A stretch of DNA of 64,000 nt. It comes from Cetorhinus maximus. Its lineage: Eukaryota. The DNA lies in NCBI RefSeq assembly GCF_964194155.1, contig NC_135909.1:18290001-18354000 (forward strand). The letters are read 5' to 3'. How positions within the stretch are numbered: position 1 is the first letter of the stretch; each line of letters starts with the position of its first letter. The notes beneath the pieces are model-generated. The model was not told where the DNA came from, made no database searches, and was given only the letters and a program-made list of their open reading frames with translations. Positions 25,430-38,597 of this stretch are shown here, piece after piece. The position numbers and the translations under genes were made by a program.

Positions 25430-28170
25430 AATCCTTAGCACAATTGGGATTGTTTATTAAGTGTTGTCCAATTGCGGAATGATAGTGTGGAGTAATGAAC
25501 TGCCTGGTGGAGTATAGGGTAGGTTTTGCCCTCATGGTTCACTGTGTGCACGTATACATGGGTTGCCAAAGACTCAGAAAAGTGATGTCCCTTTACATCC
25601 TATCTCATCTCTGACTGATTCTTCGCAACATGAATTGGCCAAATGGCTGAGTGAGTTGCTGCAAACAGTTCTGAGCGAGTTTTCCACATACACGGTGAAG
25701 GGATTCTTCTCCTTTGTGAAGCCCATACAGGACTTGCATATCGATAGCAATGGCGTGCGCATGCGCTTGTTGCCTGTTTGACTTTGCTAGCCTCTTGATT
25801 AATGTACCACTCAAGGAATCCATTCACACATGCACCATGTCATTATTTCATGATGATCAAGTCTCACTGCCATTGTCTGAATCTGTATTCAATGAACATA
25901 TGAACTCAGTAACTCATGAAGTTCATTTCACTTTTAATGACACCGTGTATGCCCAAAGAGATAATGTTGCCATGGGACACCCTCTAGGCCCAGCTGTTGT
26001 AAACATCTTTGCCCATTTCCACGAGAAACGTATCTTCAATGAAATGACCCCTAAAATCCTATCCCTTTCCTTTTTCTGATACACAAATTACGTGTTTTCT
26101 ATATCTGCATCTGCAGCTACATGTAAAGCATTCCTGTGACACCTTAATGGGCTCTAACCTGCTCTATTCTCATTGAAATTTACCAGTCAAACGAGCCCCC
26201 TTTCCTCAATGTACTACTTGAGAAATCTGCCAATGCGTTCTCTACTACTGTCTCCTGCTAGCCCACCGCCACTGTTGGGATTCCCACAGTTCCATGCGGT
26301 ATAAGATAAGTCTTGTCGGCAAACTGATAGGTAGGGACCAGGCCATTTGCTAATCATGCAACATGATGCCAAAATCAGGCACTTCAAAGCTATCTTGCAG
26401 AATAATGGCTCCATCGATCAAATGATTGCTCACTGCCTATCACACAAACTCATCAATGGGCCTAAGCCCGTTCTGAAAAGTCTGTTCTGAAGAGTGGCCA
26501 GTCTACCTGACATAACCCTGGAATGGTTACGGTATCTGAAAAACGTGAACAACTAATAAAGCTACCCGTTTCACAATGCTACTATGCAGTAGCAACACGA
26601 GTGACATTCTCCACTAACAGGATGCTGCCGTCAAGACTAAAAATATGTTCTTCCAACAACACAAATAACTAATGTTGTATATGAATTTCAGTGTCAGTGT
26701 GATGTGAGGTCTGTGGCCATTTGCCCCAATGACTGTTGGATCATACCAAACAGCTTAGGCCTTCAGCTCTTCACAACAGGCAAAGTACTGAGCATACTCA
26801 CCAAGATCCTGCTTGAAAAGCTCAGAACATAGTATCCAACATTGGGTGTGATTTCACAGAAGGACAATACTTACTGATCAATCCCGATTGTGCTAAGAAT
26901 TACAGTAACAACTGTTACGATCCCGGCTGATGGTAAAACTGGATAAGTCAGTTCCCAGAGTGAAACCTGGCTTGATAGAACCCAACATGTGTAGGATGTG
27001 AGAAAAGATTCTGAAGAAATTCACAGGTATTTGCTCATGAACTTTGAACACAAAGAATAAAATATTGATCAAAAGAAGAAAAACAGACTACATTAACCGG
27101 ACAAAACAGTCAGAAAGATCTCAATACAAACAAAAGAAGGTGATTCAATTTCCCGATATTCCTTTGCCCAGCAATATCTTTACAGATGGATAAACCAGTG
27201 AAGAGTTACCACGGGCTTGTCACAAAGGCTTCTTTCTTGGGGCTGGCACACGTGCAAACTGTTTTCTTGAGGTGAATTCTTGAGCATTCACTTGATCCTC
27301 ATCAACCAAGACTTATCTCACCCAAAATAACTGCACTTTATACTCATTGTTTCAGTAGCAACACCACTGAACTGATCACAACAATGATTCATATAACTGA
27401 CTCTACAGTTAACTACTGTCCCGTTAGCCTTGTAATTTTCTCTTCTCAAGAGCCTAAAACATCCCTGCTTAACTCTTTGATGCACATTGAACTCGTCCCT
27501 GTCTTTCTCTGTCTCTGTGTCACTTGAACACTGTCGGTAGGCAGCAGCCTAGTTTTTTTTTCTATTGTGTGTTTCTTTTTTCCCCAAAATCACTAAACAT
27601 CTAACCGCTTTACTTGCCTGTCAGCCAGGGATCCACCCAGGCTTCGAAGTCCCAAGGCGAAATGAAAAAAAAAACTTGTGAAACTGGAACGACTCTACAT
27701 TTCTGACACAAAAAATACACACACATGTATCTATCTATACACATTATATATATATATATATATAATATATATATATATACATATGCAAACACTCATTAAA
27801 AATTGTACATAGTTCCTAATAACCTATTGAAGATTATCTGTCGAGCTCGCTGTGTGCCTCACTTACACATGCTCGGGGATACATTTCTTCACACACAGGC
27901 CACTACCTTGGCAACCAAAATGGACATGTCCACGCATTGCCCTTCGTGCAACTGAAGAAAAGCTTGGTGGACAATCATTCCCTGATTCCTTCCCAGGGAA
28001 ATGCCTGGAGCAATCAGAGTCGACTTGGCTGTTTGAAATAAGACAAAAGCTTGTCAGTTAACTCTTCCCTGTTGCATTCCCATGGCAACCCCTCTACCAA
28101 TCAGCAAATACTTGTCAACCAATCAGCACCCCGTTCTCATACAGTATAAGTTTTTGTTCCCTTTGAGATT
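25430..28170 (+). mobile_element. Penelope-like retroelement (RT plus GIY-YIG), degenerate, interrupted at 26913-27823
   Basis: GLPKTQKSDVPLHPISS, AMGHPLGPAVVNIF and NVVYEFQCQCD motifs; sequence resumes after the insertion. Confidence 0.8.
26913..27823. mobile_element. LTR-like insertion containing a (TA)n microsatellite at ~27745-27784
   Basis: Starts TGTTACGA and ends TAATAAC; splits the Penelope sequence; TSD not clean. Confidence 0.4.
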
Positions 28171-28899
28171 TGGTATAATTATATCTGCTCTGTAAGTTAA
28201 TGTATTCTCAATGAGTTATTTAAGGTTTGTTAACATAATATCAATTACATTACTTAGCTTAAGAAAATAAAGTATTATTTGTGGTTAAGCACATATACAT
28301 AGGGGATAGCTGGGAAATAGGGCTGTGAAGCAGCAGAGCTGTGAGACTAAACAAGTAAATAAAATCTCTCGATAAATACAAACTCTGTGTCTTGCTTTCG
28401 GCTTCACCAACTGATTTGGATACTGTTAACACTGAAGAGGGAAAGATAAACGAAATCGACACCATGTCTCTTTTTTTCAGGAATACTCAAGTTCTGTATT
28501 CCTAAGTGACAATTTCTACATAAATCTGTCACATTTCTCACCGTTCCCAGTTCCAACAAAGTGTCATGACCTGAAGCCACTGGTACTTCCAGATCTGCTA
28601 TGTATTTCCAGCATTTCCTGTGTTTATTTCAGATTTCCAGCATCCAGAATATTTTGCTTTTATATTTCCATTGTATTATTCGTTGTTACTGTGGGATAAA
28701 TTTTATATCTGCCTGGCCCTTGCACTGTGTCTGTGTCGGATATGAGGTGTACATGTCGGTCTCTAACATACATGTGTGCCTATGGAAAAGGGCTGCCTGT
28801 GCAGACAGTTCCTACCCTGATCCTTACAACTCCTCCCACACCAAGTGAGATCAGACAGATACAGGCTCCCTTGCACAGATACAGAAAGATGTCACACAG

Positions 28900-29425
28900 T
28901 CACTAGCATTAGTCTAATTTTCTGCACCAAACCTTTGGAAATACGTGAAGGTTTTATGAAGAGTGCAGAAAGGGTTTACAAGAATGTTTGTAATGATGAG
29001 GGCTTTAGTTACATGGATAGATTGAATAAGTTGTGGTTACTCTCCTTCGAAAAGAGAAAGCTGTGAGGAGATTTGGTAGAAGTGTTCGAAATAGTAAGTG
29101 TTCTAGACAGTGTAGATAACAATAAAATGATCCTGTGGGCAGTAGGCATCGATTTATGGTGGTTGGCAAAAGTACTAATGGAGGCATCAGGATTTTTTTT
29201 TAATGTAGGAAACCATTAGGATCTGCAATTCACTGCCTGAGAGTATGCTAAAGACAGGAGAATTTGGGGTTGTTAAGAGGGAATTGGATAAGCACCTGAA
29301 GGGAAAAGGTTTGCCAGGCTGTGGTGAGAGGGCTGGGGTTCAAAAGTAGCTGAGTGGCTCTGGTGCAGAAAGACCACGGACATGAAGGGCTGAATGGACT
29401 GTTGTTTTGCTGTAACTATTCTAAG
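28900..29425 (+). mobile_element. CR1-type LINE 3' fragment
   Basis: FSYMDRLNKLWLLSFEKRKL and tail aagggctgaatggactg. Confidence 0.7.
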
Positions 29426-29429
29426 CGTG

Positions 29430-31400
29430 TATGTATTTAAGTGTAGGATTCACTCTGTCTCACTATACCTCTGGCAAAGAATTTGAGTGTCTGATTCATT
29501 ATGTATCTGTCAGTCTCTAGGGATGTGTGTGAGTGTATGATTCACTCTGTGTTGCTGTCTGTGGTGCACTATGAGTGTAAGATTCATTATGTATCTGTCA
29601 GTCTCTGAGACACTTTGGAAATTGGTATTCATTCCACCCAGAATATATTTCATTGGGCCATCTGGTCTAATTGGTATATTATTCCACAAAGTGCTCCACC
29701 CAGAATACTTCATGTACCATTATCTGCTGGTCCATGAAATCCATTCTCCCTCCTGTACTACCTAGCTTTCCCTTAAATACAGCTGTGCTCATTGATTTAA
29801 CTGCTAAAGATGACAACAAGTTCCACATTCTACAGATTCCATGAGAAATAAGTTATATTGATTTTTTTATTGGATTTAATAGTTACAACTCTATGCCGAC
29901 CCTGTCAAATCCCATCACTACTTCCTCACATTGACCGGAATCTGCAACACCAACAGTTCATGTTAATTCCCTCCGCTCTGTTGCAGTTCTCGGCTCTGGC
30001 CAGTAGATGTCAGCACACTCTGCTAGGTCGAAGTTTACAGATCAGAGATGGACACAACAGGCAAGAATTGTTCACATTATATTAAGAGGGGAAGGGGAGG
30101 TCTTAGAATTACTAACGGTGGATATGACCTTTTTATTCTATTTTGCTATACAAGCAGTAATTATAATGTTGTGCTAAAGCCGTCAACATGTTGTGTGTGA
30201 ATGTGAGATACATTCTTATCGGCCCTTCTCTGATCCAACTTGTGAATGTGGGATTCATTCTGTGTCTGTTACTCACAGGTGCTGTGTGAAAGGCACGCTG
30301 GACCTGTCAGTCTTGGTTACTGTATGTGAGTGTGGATACATTCTCCGTGGAACTGTAGGTGAATGTTGCATTCATTCTGCATTTGTCGATATCTGGTACA
30401 ATATATCTGTGTCATAGTCAGCCTGTATCTTACATTTCCAGGGACTGCATGAGTGTTGGGTTAGGCCTTGAGCCTGACAGTGGAATGGGACGTATGCAAC
30501 GATGTCTTCGATCAGTCACTTTCTGGTATTGAACAGGACCCAATCTGAATTTCTTAATGGTGATGGTGGTTTGTGAGTGTGCATGTGTTTCACTCTTTGC
30601 CAGTCAGTGCTACTGTATGTGAATGTGGAAACCATTCTGAATCTGAATATCTCTTGCATTCCGTGGGAGTGTAGTTTCAGTCTGCATTTGTTATTCTCTG
30701 GAGGTGGGTATGAGTTTGGCAGGCATTCTGGTCTGTCACTAGGGGAGTAGGTGAGTGTAGGATTCATATTGCACATTTCATTCTCTGGTACTATAGAGGA
30801 ATTGGGGCTGATTTTATATCTGAATGTCCCTGGTGTTGTTGATGAGCATGGCAATCATATATATCTGTCAGGCTCTCCTAATGTGTGAGTCTGGGTTTAA
30901 TTCAGGGTCTGTCGATGGCATTCTATGCCTGTTGTATTGTTACATAAGTTGGGAATCATATATATATATTTCAGTTCCTCATGCTGTTTGTGAGCATGAG
31001 ATTCATTCTGTATCTGTCAGTGACTGCTACTGTATGAAATTGTGGGATTCAATTGGTATATTTCATTCACTGGTATTGTATGTGGAATTGGATTTATTCT
31101 GTGTCTAAGCATGCATGTGTTCGTCTGTGTATGTGCATGTAGACTTCCATTTGTTTCTGTCAGCACCTGTGATTCTATTTGGCTCTTAGACCCTTTCTAC
31201 AATCTCTCAGTGGTATAATTGGTGTGTCAGAATAATTTTGTATCACTCACACTGAAATAATGTGAGTGAGTGCAGTAAACAGTCTGTGTCTCTCAGCATC
31301 TGGCACTGAACATGTGTTTGATAATTGCTCACTGGTACTCTGGTGAGTAGAGGATTCATTGTGTAACCTTCGGTGTCTGGGACTGTTTGTAAGATTGGGT
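29430..31400 (+). repeat. Degenerate ~46-bp satellite (TG-rich orientation), interrupted by other sequence
   Basis: Recurring tgtgagtgtgggattcattctgtatctgtcagtctctggtactg-like units. Confidence 0.7.
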
Positions 31401-32268
31401 TAATTGTATATAAATTTCGAGCACAGCTAATGTGGTCGGCTTAAGCAAACGATATGTGGGAGTTTTGGCCCAACATTAAATCTGTCACTTTGAACACAAT
31501 TGGGAAAGATAATGAATCCTTTAATCTGATACTGGATCGGTGTGCAAGTATAACTCAAGTTGTACTAATTGATTTGATCTGTGACATTCAGTCTGATTCT
31601 GAGTAAGAACTTTGACATGGATGTAAAATGGAGCTCAGTCTGGAATTGTTACAGTATTTCCACTTGACACTGTGTGAGGATGGAGGATTAGTATGTGATC
31701 TATAGCTGAGTTCATATTCATCAAATTAATATTGTATCTTTTAGTTTCATAATAAGGGTGAGTTTCAAACTATAATCTGAACTTCTGTCTCAGGTTATAC
31801 TAGCTTTCAGAATATCTCAAACTGATAATGCACTTGAGATTTGAACTGGTATCTCAGGTATATGTCAGGACACACTATGGGAATTAATGGTGCAATTTAT
31901 AAGTCCATGATGTGTGTGAATATTGGGCTGGCAATTAACATGAACCTCAGTGTACATCATTAAGGTTAAGCCTGTAAGCTTGTAACTGGAAATGTGTCAG
32001 TTTTATCAGATGTTTAATTTGTAGCGAAGGCAGCACGACTGCAGGATTGACTCAGTGAGAATTTAATAGCGGGTGAGAATTTGGACTGGGATTTATGGAC
32101 ACTCCCATCTGCAGGACTGAGTTTGGGTGACTTGGATACAATGTCTATCTCTCCTGCTCTGTTTGATTCATGGATGGAAAATTACTTTGGAACTATTTAT
32201 GCTGTCTGAGACTGTGAAACTGATGACTTGTCAGTGTCTCTGTGCTCTGTCAGTGATAATGTACATAC

Positions 32269-32355
32269 TGTGTGTGAGAAGGAGCTGGTGGGAATCTTCA
32301 TTCTAATTTGGCTGGAGGAAACATCACATTTATTCTGGTTCCTTCAATTATTTGC
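32269..32355 (-). other. Putative small exon (87 nt), paralog of 37052-37142 and 58632-58709
   Basis: TACTTTTTACCAACAG|GCAAATAATT...CTCACACACA|GTATGT. Confidence 0.4.
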
Positions 32356-32646
32356 CTGTTGGTAAAAAGTATATTTTTGAATTCATGTACAGGTGAGGTA
32401 GAAGATACTGATTCTATTAGTTTAATCTCTCTATTAATAATCATTATGAATGATCTGGGAAGTCTGGGAAGAGTGCCCTCTGCAGTCCCAATGGCCGGGA
32501 AGCAGTCTGGGAAGAGCATCCTTTGCAGTCACCATCGCCAGGAAGCAGTCTGGGAAGAGTATCCTCTGCAATCACTGTCGTCGAGTGAAAAAACACAATG
32601 AGTGACATCACAGGAAGATCATAAGTTCATTGGTTGGTGAGTAACT

Positions 32647-34179
32647 AACATCAGTAGCGCAGTCTCAATCAATGGGTGGGAAACAGATAGCTTTCCGATT
32701 AAATCTGGAGTCAGGCAGGGCTGTCCTCTCTCGCCTGTCCTTTTCGTGTGCTGCATAGAACCCTTTGCCGAGTCCATCAGGAAGGATCCGGGCATAAGAG
32801 GAGTGACGATCCCAGGCAGTGGAGGCACTCAGGTAAAAGCCTCCCTGTACATGGACGACGTCGCCGTTTTCTGCTCGGATCCGCTGTCGGTGCGCAGACT
32901 GATGCACGTCTGCGACCAGTTCGAACTGGCCTCGGGAGCCAAGGTAAATCGTGGGAAGAGCGAGGCCATGTTCTTTGGGAACTGGGCTGACCGATCCTTT
33001 GTCCCCTTCACTGTCAGGGCTGACGGCCTGAAGGTGCTGGGGATATGGTTCGGAGGGACCGGGGCATGCGTTAGAAACTGGAAGGAGCGAGTGGCTATGG
33101 TGAAAAGGAAACTGGGCATGTGGGAGCGACGCTCCCTCTCCATTGCGGGTAAGAACCTGGTCATCAGGTGTGAGGTACTCTCGCTGTTGCTGTACGTGGC
33201 GCAGGTCTGGCCCATTCCACACTCCTGCGCGATGGCGATCACTCGAGCCATCTTCCGCTTTATCTGGAGGTCGAAAATGGATCGTGTCTGCAGGGACGCG
33301 ATGTACAAGCCTCTAGATAAAGGGGGAAAAAACGTGCCCAACATCGCCCTCATACTGATGGCCACCTTTGTGTGTGGCTGCATCAAGCGGTGCGTAGACC
33401 CTCAGTATGCAAACACCAAGTGTCACTACGTGCTGAGGTTCTACCTGTCCCCGGTGTTGCGAAGGATGGGTCTGGCCACGCTGCCGCGGAACGCTCCAAG
33501 TAGTTGGACCGTGCCGTACCACCTGTCCCTGGTGGAAAAATTTATGCAGAAAAACACCTTTGACCACAAGTCCATCAGGCAGTGGTCAGCACGTAACGTC
33601 CTAGAGGCCCTGAAGGATAAGGAGAGGGTGGACCCTGTGGGATGGTTCCCCGAGCAGACTGTCAAAGTCATTTGGCAGAATGCCTCATCGCCAGAACTTT
33701 CCAACAAGCACCAAGACGTAGCTTGGCTGGTGGTGAGAAAGGCCCTCCCCGTCAGAACCTTCCTACACGCCAGGAGTCTCACCCCCTCTGCACGATGCCC
33801 TCGAGGTGGCTGTGGTGGGGAAGAGACCGTTGTTCACCTCCTTGTGGATTGTGCCTTTGCAAAGAAAGTCTGGAGAGAGATGCAGTGGTTGCTGTCGAGG
33901 TTCATCCCGAGCAGTTCTGTGACACAGGACTCTGTGCTCTACAGGCTGTTCCCAGGGACACACACCGAGACAAACATCGACTGCAGCTGGAGGATCATCA
34001 ACTCGGTGAAAGACGCGCTTTGGTCTGCCCGAAACTTGTTGGTCTTCCAGCACAAAGTGTTGTCCCCGACCGATTGTTGCGGACTGGCACAATCCAAAGT
34101 CCAGGACTACGTGCTGAGGGACGCACTAAAGCTTGGGGCAGCTGCCGCAAAGGCGCAATGGGGAAGGGTCGCTGTCTAA
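32647..34179 (+). CDS. Tx1 ORF2 C-terminal portion (RT plus CCHC zinc knuckle), no start codon
   Basis: Open 510 codons: SGVRQGCPLSP, YMDD, LKVLGIWF, WERRSLSIAGKNLV, CPRGGCGGEETVVHLLVDC. Confidence 0.85.
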   Translation, partial: NISSAVSINGWETDSFPIKSGVRQGCPLSPVLFVCCIEPFAESIRKDPGIRGVTIPGSGGTQVKASLYMDDVAVFCSDPLSVRRLMHVCDQFELASGAKVNRGKSEAMFFGNWADRSFVPFTVRADGLKVLGIWFGGTGACVRNWKERVAMVKRKLGMWERRSLSIAGKNLVIRCEVLSLLLYVAQVWPIPHSCAMAITRAIFRFIWRSKMDRVCRDAMYKPLDKGGKNVPNIALILMATFVCGCIKRCVDPQYANTKCHYVLRFYLSPVLRRMGLATLPRNAPSSWTVPYHLSLVEKFMQKNTFDHKSIRQWSARNVLEALKDKERVDPVGWFPEQTVKVIWQNASSPELSNKHQDVAWLVVRKALPVRTFLHARSLTPSARCPRGGCGGEETVVHLLVDCAFAKKVWREMQWLLSRFIPSSSVTQDSVLYRLFPGTHTETNIDCSWRIINSVKDALWSARNLLVFQHKVLSPTDCCGLAQSKVQDYVLRDALKLGAAAAKAQWGRVAV

Positions 34180-34416
34180 GACCTTTCTACCACAGCGCAC
34201 CGAGAGACTGGGAAATGTTTAGAGCCCCTCGGGCTGTACAGATCAAAATGAAAGGCTGTAAATGATTGTAATATTGTTTGTACTGATGCACCTGGTGATA
34301 CATTTTGTAAAAGTTTAACCTGGATTGTACCCTTGTAATGTTGTTTTTGAAATGGTTTTGAATGTGATTGAAGATTTTTTATGAATAAAGTATATTTTTA
34401 CAATAAAAAAAAAAAA
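32647..34416 (+). mobile_element. Tx1/L1-clade LINE, 5'-truncated, young
   Basis: 17-bp TSD ttggttggtgagtaact (32630-32646, 34417-34433); AATAAA and poly(A) tail; uninterrupted ORF2. Confidence 0.92.
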
Positions 34417-35209
34417 TTGGTTGGTGAGTAACTGCTAGTTTGAACTACCTATTCTAAGTTGATTTCAGATCAAAGGTGACTATTGGGGCCCAGGATCGGA
34501 GGTCTAACACTTCAGCTTCAACTCAGCAGAGAGAGTGAGTTCCAGTTGATTTAAAAAGTGTATTTTGATTCTCTATTCTAATTTGCTTTCAGGTGAAAGG
34601 TAAATAGCAGAAATATTTTACAGATTGATAAGTTAAAGACCAGTAGGAAATTTAACAACAAATTGAAAAACTAATTAAATAAAATAAAATAGAGATGCAG
34701 TGCCAGGCGATGTGTTGCAGCTGTGTGGCGTGGTTGCTGTTGGACCCCATTGTGGTTCCTCATGACCACATCTGTAGCAAATGTTGGTTGCTCGAGAAAC
34801 TCCGGCTCAGAGTTGATGAGCTAAAGTCTGGGCCTCAGAAACTGCGACACATCAGGGAGGGGGAGAGTTACCTGGACGCTCTGTTTCAGGAGACAGTCAT
34901 ACCCCTTAGATTAACTACCATAAATTCGGCCAGTAGTCAGGGACAGGAGGGTGTGACTATGAGTGAGGCAGGTAGAGGGATCCAGGAAGTAGCACTGCAG
35001 GAGCCTCAACCCTTGTCCTTAACCAACAGGTTTGAGATTCTTGCTCCCTGTGTGGATGAGAGTGGGGACTGTAGGGAGGATGAGCAAACTGACCATAGCA
35101 ACATGGCACAGGGGGCCATTCAAGTGGGGGGAGAAAAGAGAAATGTAGTTGCAATCGGGGATAGTACAGTTAGGGGAATGATACTGTTCTCTTTGGCCGG
35201 GATCGAGAG

Positions 35210-36720
35210 TCCCCAGAATTACAAGTGAATGTGGGGCTCATTCTGAAGCTGACAGTATCTGGAAGTGAGTGTGAGTTTGACTTTAGTTCTGCAGTTATCA
35301 GTCTTTGACTACACGTGTACTTTATTCATTCTGCAAGTATCAGTCTCTGGTCCTGTATCCAAATGTTGATTTTTGTTTGTATCTGTCAGTTGTGGGATTG
35401 TGTAGGAATGCAGGATGAACTATATGAATATCATTCTCTGATTCTATATCAGTGGGATTCAGTCTGCTTCAATATATCACTTGTGAAATATTAAAAACCA
35501 GTGCTTCCTTTCAGTTACCTGTGAAATGCAATATTGTTGCATTCAATCTGTATGTGTCCATCTCTTGTCTTACACGTGGATGTGTTATTTTTTCTGTATC
35601 AGTGGTTCCCAGGTAACTTACATGAGAACGAGATTAATTCTAACCCAAACATATGTGAGTGTGGCATTCATTCTTTAGCTGTCCATATCTGGAAATAATT
35701 GTGTCAGTGAAGTTGATTTTACTTTTTTCTTCATCTGTTGCTGTCTGTGAATGAGATTTGTCTTATGCCTGTCAGTCGGTGGCACTTTAAATGACTGCTT
35801 TTGGTCTATGCCTTATTGTCTTTTTCTGTGTGTAGGCCTGTGGATTTTTTTTTCTGCATGTCAGGGTTTGGTCCCCTGTATAAAGTGGGATTAATGCAGT
35901 GTATGTCAGTTTTTGGTGAGTGTGGACATACTTCTGTGTTAGTCATTCTCTCAAACTGAATGTGAGTGTGCATTAATTCAGTTTTCATCAGCATCTGGCA
36001 GACCCTGAGGGTGGGAATCATTCAATATCTGTCAGTTTCTGGTATTGTATGTGAATGTGCTGCTCATTCTGTGTCATTACCTTGTAAAGGGTGTGAGTGA
36101 GGGGTTTATTTGTACCTGTCACTGTGCAATAACGAATGGGATTATGAACTTCATTCTGTATTTTTCAATCTCTACTCCTCGACGTAAATGTGTTTATTTT
36201 TGGCCGTCAGTCTCAGGTACAATAAGAGACTCTGGAATTTATTATACTTTTGCCAGTCTCTGGTAGGGTATGTGACACTGGGCTACATTCTACATCTTTC
36301 AGTCAATGGCAATGGATATGAAAGTAGCTTTAATTCTGTATTAGTCAGTCCCTGGGTTGAATGTGGTATTTGGAATTTGTTGTTCTTATGTCTGTCTCTA
36401 GATTTTCATGTGAGTTTGGGGTTCATTCTCGATCTATGTGTCTCTGCCATCGAATGCAACTGTGGGAGTTTTCTGTATTGGTACATAACCTGCATCTCAG
36501 GCATGATCGACAGGCTACATTCAGTAGTTCTGTGCGAGTTGTGTATTGGTATTAAATTTTTATCTGTGAGAACAAATTGGAGTGATAACATATGCATCAA
36601 TCTCATACCTGGTCCATTATTTAGTTCCTGCAGTTTGAAAGAAAATGGAATTCATACTTTAATATTCTAGCCTAACACTTAGTGAAATTTTGGAACTGGT
36701 ATTTAATGTGTAGCTCACTC
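35210..36720 (+). repeat. Degenerate ~46-bp satellite (TG-rich orientation)
   Basis: Recurring gtgaatgtggg.ttcattctg.atctgtcagt.tctgg units. Confidence 0.75.
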
Positions 36721-37051
36721 TACATTCTGAGGTCCTTAGTAGCAATTCATCCTGCATATTACAATAGGGTAAATGTTGTCTGACGTAGTTAATAATTAGT
36801 ATTTAATTTGTGGCCGAGGTGACACCGTGTATTTAAATCGAATAGTGGCTGTGCTTTTGCCCTGGGATTGATGTATCTAGTCCTCAGGTGTACTGGTTTA
36901 AGGTAAACAACTTCTCCCAGCAATGCTCTGTTTGACTCTTATATTGAAAGGGCGACTCTCAATCTTGGGATCTGTGTCGGTCTCTATATGTTTCATTTTG
37001 GCCTAAAGAGCTGGCAGTATCTCGATGCTTTGTGAGTGATATTGTACTTAC

Positions 37052-37142
37052 TGGAACCATCAGGCTGCACTTTTCCATGTTTCGAAGAACCATCTGGTTC
37101 ATTCAATTCTTTCCGTGCACGCAGAAAACATAACTCCTTCAC
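37052..37142 (-). other. Putative exon 2 (91 nt) of an unidentified minus-strand gene, with Kozak-context ATG at 37078
   Basis: CTTCTACTTCATCTATTCTTCAG|GTGAAG...AAACATGGAAAAGTGCAGCCTGATGGTTCCA|GTAAGT. Confidence 0.45.
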
Positions 37143-37699
37143 CTGAAGAATAGATGAAGTAGAAGATACAAAAGTGATCAAGGTATTTTTTAAAATAAGT
37201 GTTATTATAATGAACAATAAACAAAGCAAAACTATCAGCATATCAGTATCTGAACCCACCACAGTACTGCAGCAATCTGTTTCTGCTTATCTGCTATTTT
37301 GAGCGGTTTTACAACAATGTTATGACATTCAGAAACAACCCGTCCTGTGCACAGGTCCTTGAATTAGACTATCCGATGGAGGAGTGACTTTCGCAAGGGT
37401 CAGATTCCTATTTGCTGCTCCATTCGAACTAACTGTACACCCGGAAACAAGCAGGTACAGTTTAAAATGTCTCTTTCACATTTCTCACCTGGTGCCTGAA
37501 ATTGATCTTCTTGGTGTAACTGGAAACATTGTTACTGTGCGGCTATTTCCCCCGCCATTCTCTGTCCAATAACAAGGGACAGTGGGAGCCGGAACTAAGC
37601 CAGGAAGCTTCATTCGGGTTTGGGGAGAGAAAGCAGCAATGATCTTCAATGGCGAGTTCTTCTCACTCTGTCCAGACACTGCTCGAGAATGGCCTCTCC

Positions 37700-38160
37700 C
37701 TTCCCCCCACTCACTCCATGTTCCGGGAGCAGCTCGTGTTCCAGGGAGCCCATTAAAAACAGCCGCCGCCTCCGCCTCAGCTGCCCGGACACTCAATGCC
37801 AATCTCTGAGCATATCTGCGGACGCGGCTCCAAACCGATGCGCTGCTTTAAGCAGATGCTGTTTGTTCACTTCCCTCTGGGGCGGTGATGTCTCCGATCG
37901 CTGCTGAATTAAACCCTATTCCGCTCAGAGTGAATGACGCTCTCGGCCATTGTTGGGGGAGGGGTTGCGCATGCGCTGTTATCCTCATTGTGACGGAACC
38001 GCGGACGTGTTAAAACAGCGCATGCGCAGATCGTCCGCAGCGACAATTCAGCTGCTAAAATCAATGGGAATTGTCCCCATTTCACTCTCATCATAGAGAG
38101 AACAAAATCTCCGAACCTGTGTCGGCGCGGGGGGCAAGGGGCGTTGGGTGCGAGTGGACT
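37700..38160 (-). promoter_or_regulatory. CpG-rich promoter-like region with two NRF1-type sites
   Basis: TGCGCATGCGC at 37966-37976 and GCGCATGCGCA at 38018-38028; minus-strand donor CAG|GTGAGA at 37488. Confidence 0.55.
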
Positions 38161-38597
38161 TGTGGCGGTGGTACACTGGTGGGTAAAGGCCGCTTTACAA
38201 CATCAATTTTAACACAGGAGATTCCCCCAAACAGCTTGTAAAATGCTGGAACCGTGTGTGTATGAGGATGGTGATGTTACTGAGGATGATTCCTGTTTTA
38301 GAATAGACTGTGTTTAGGTCGGAATATTACTGAGTGTTAATTATAACGAGAGCATATTTCAAAGCTCCGGGTTTGCGGAAACTCCTTACTGTGAAGCCCG
38401 GGTCTGTCCGGGTTTGTGTCTCGGTTCCATTGGTAATAAACGGGTTGAAATTGGCGGTTGCAGAAACTGGAGGAGGAGCTGAAAGATCAGGGGCTGTTCT
38501 CTCTCTGTCTGTCACTCCGGCTCTCTCCCCCCTCCCGCTCTCTGTTTAATCTTCATTCTGTCTCCTCCCCTCCCTGCTCTCAAACCGCCTTTTTCAC

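Larger units (their letters stand above)
32450..35205 (+). mobile_element. CR1 LINE 5' fragment (5'UTR plus ORF1 34695-~35200), split by a Tx1 insertion
   Basis: ORF1 has CCSC..HICSKC zinc finger, leucine zipper (LEKLRLRVDEL), LTNRFEIL and start of the SGNH esterase (IGDSTVRG); 3' part missing. Confidence 0.8.

Noticed and set aside
32455-32575. Three short direct repeats (tctgggaagag..cct.tgca.tc)
   Set aside because: Most simply part of the CR1 5'UTR
37485-37802. 105-aa Ala-rich ORF in the CpG region as a coding first exon
   Set aside because: Non-ATG start; splicing to the next exon gives an immediate stop in that frame
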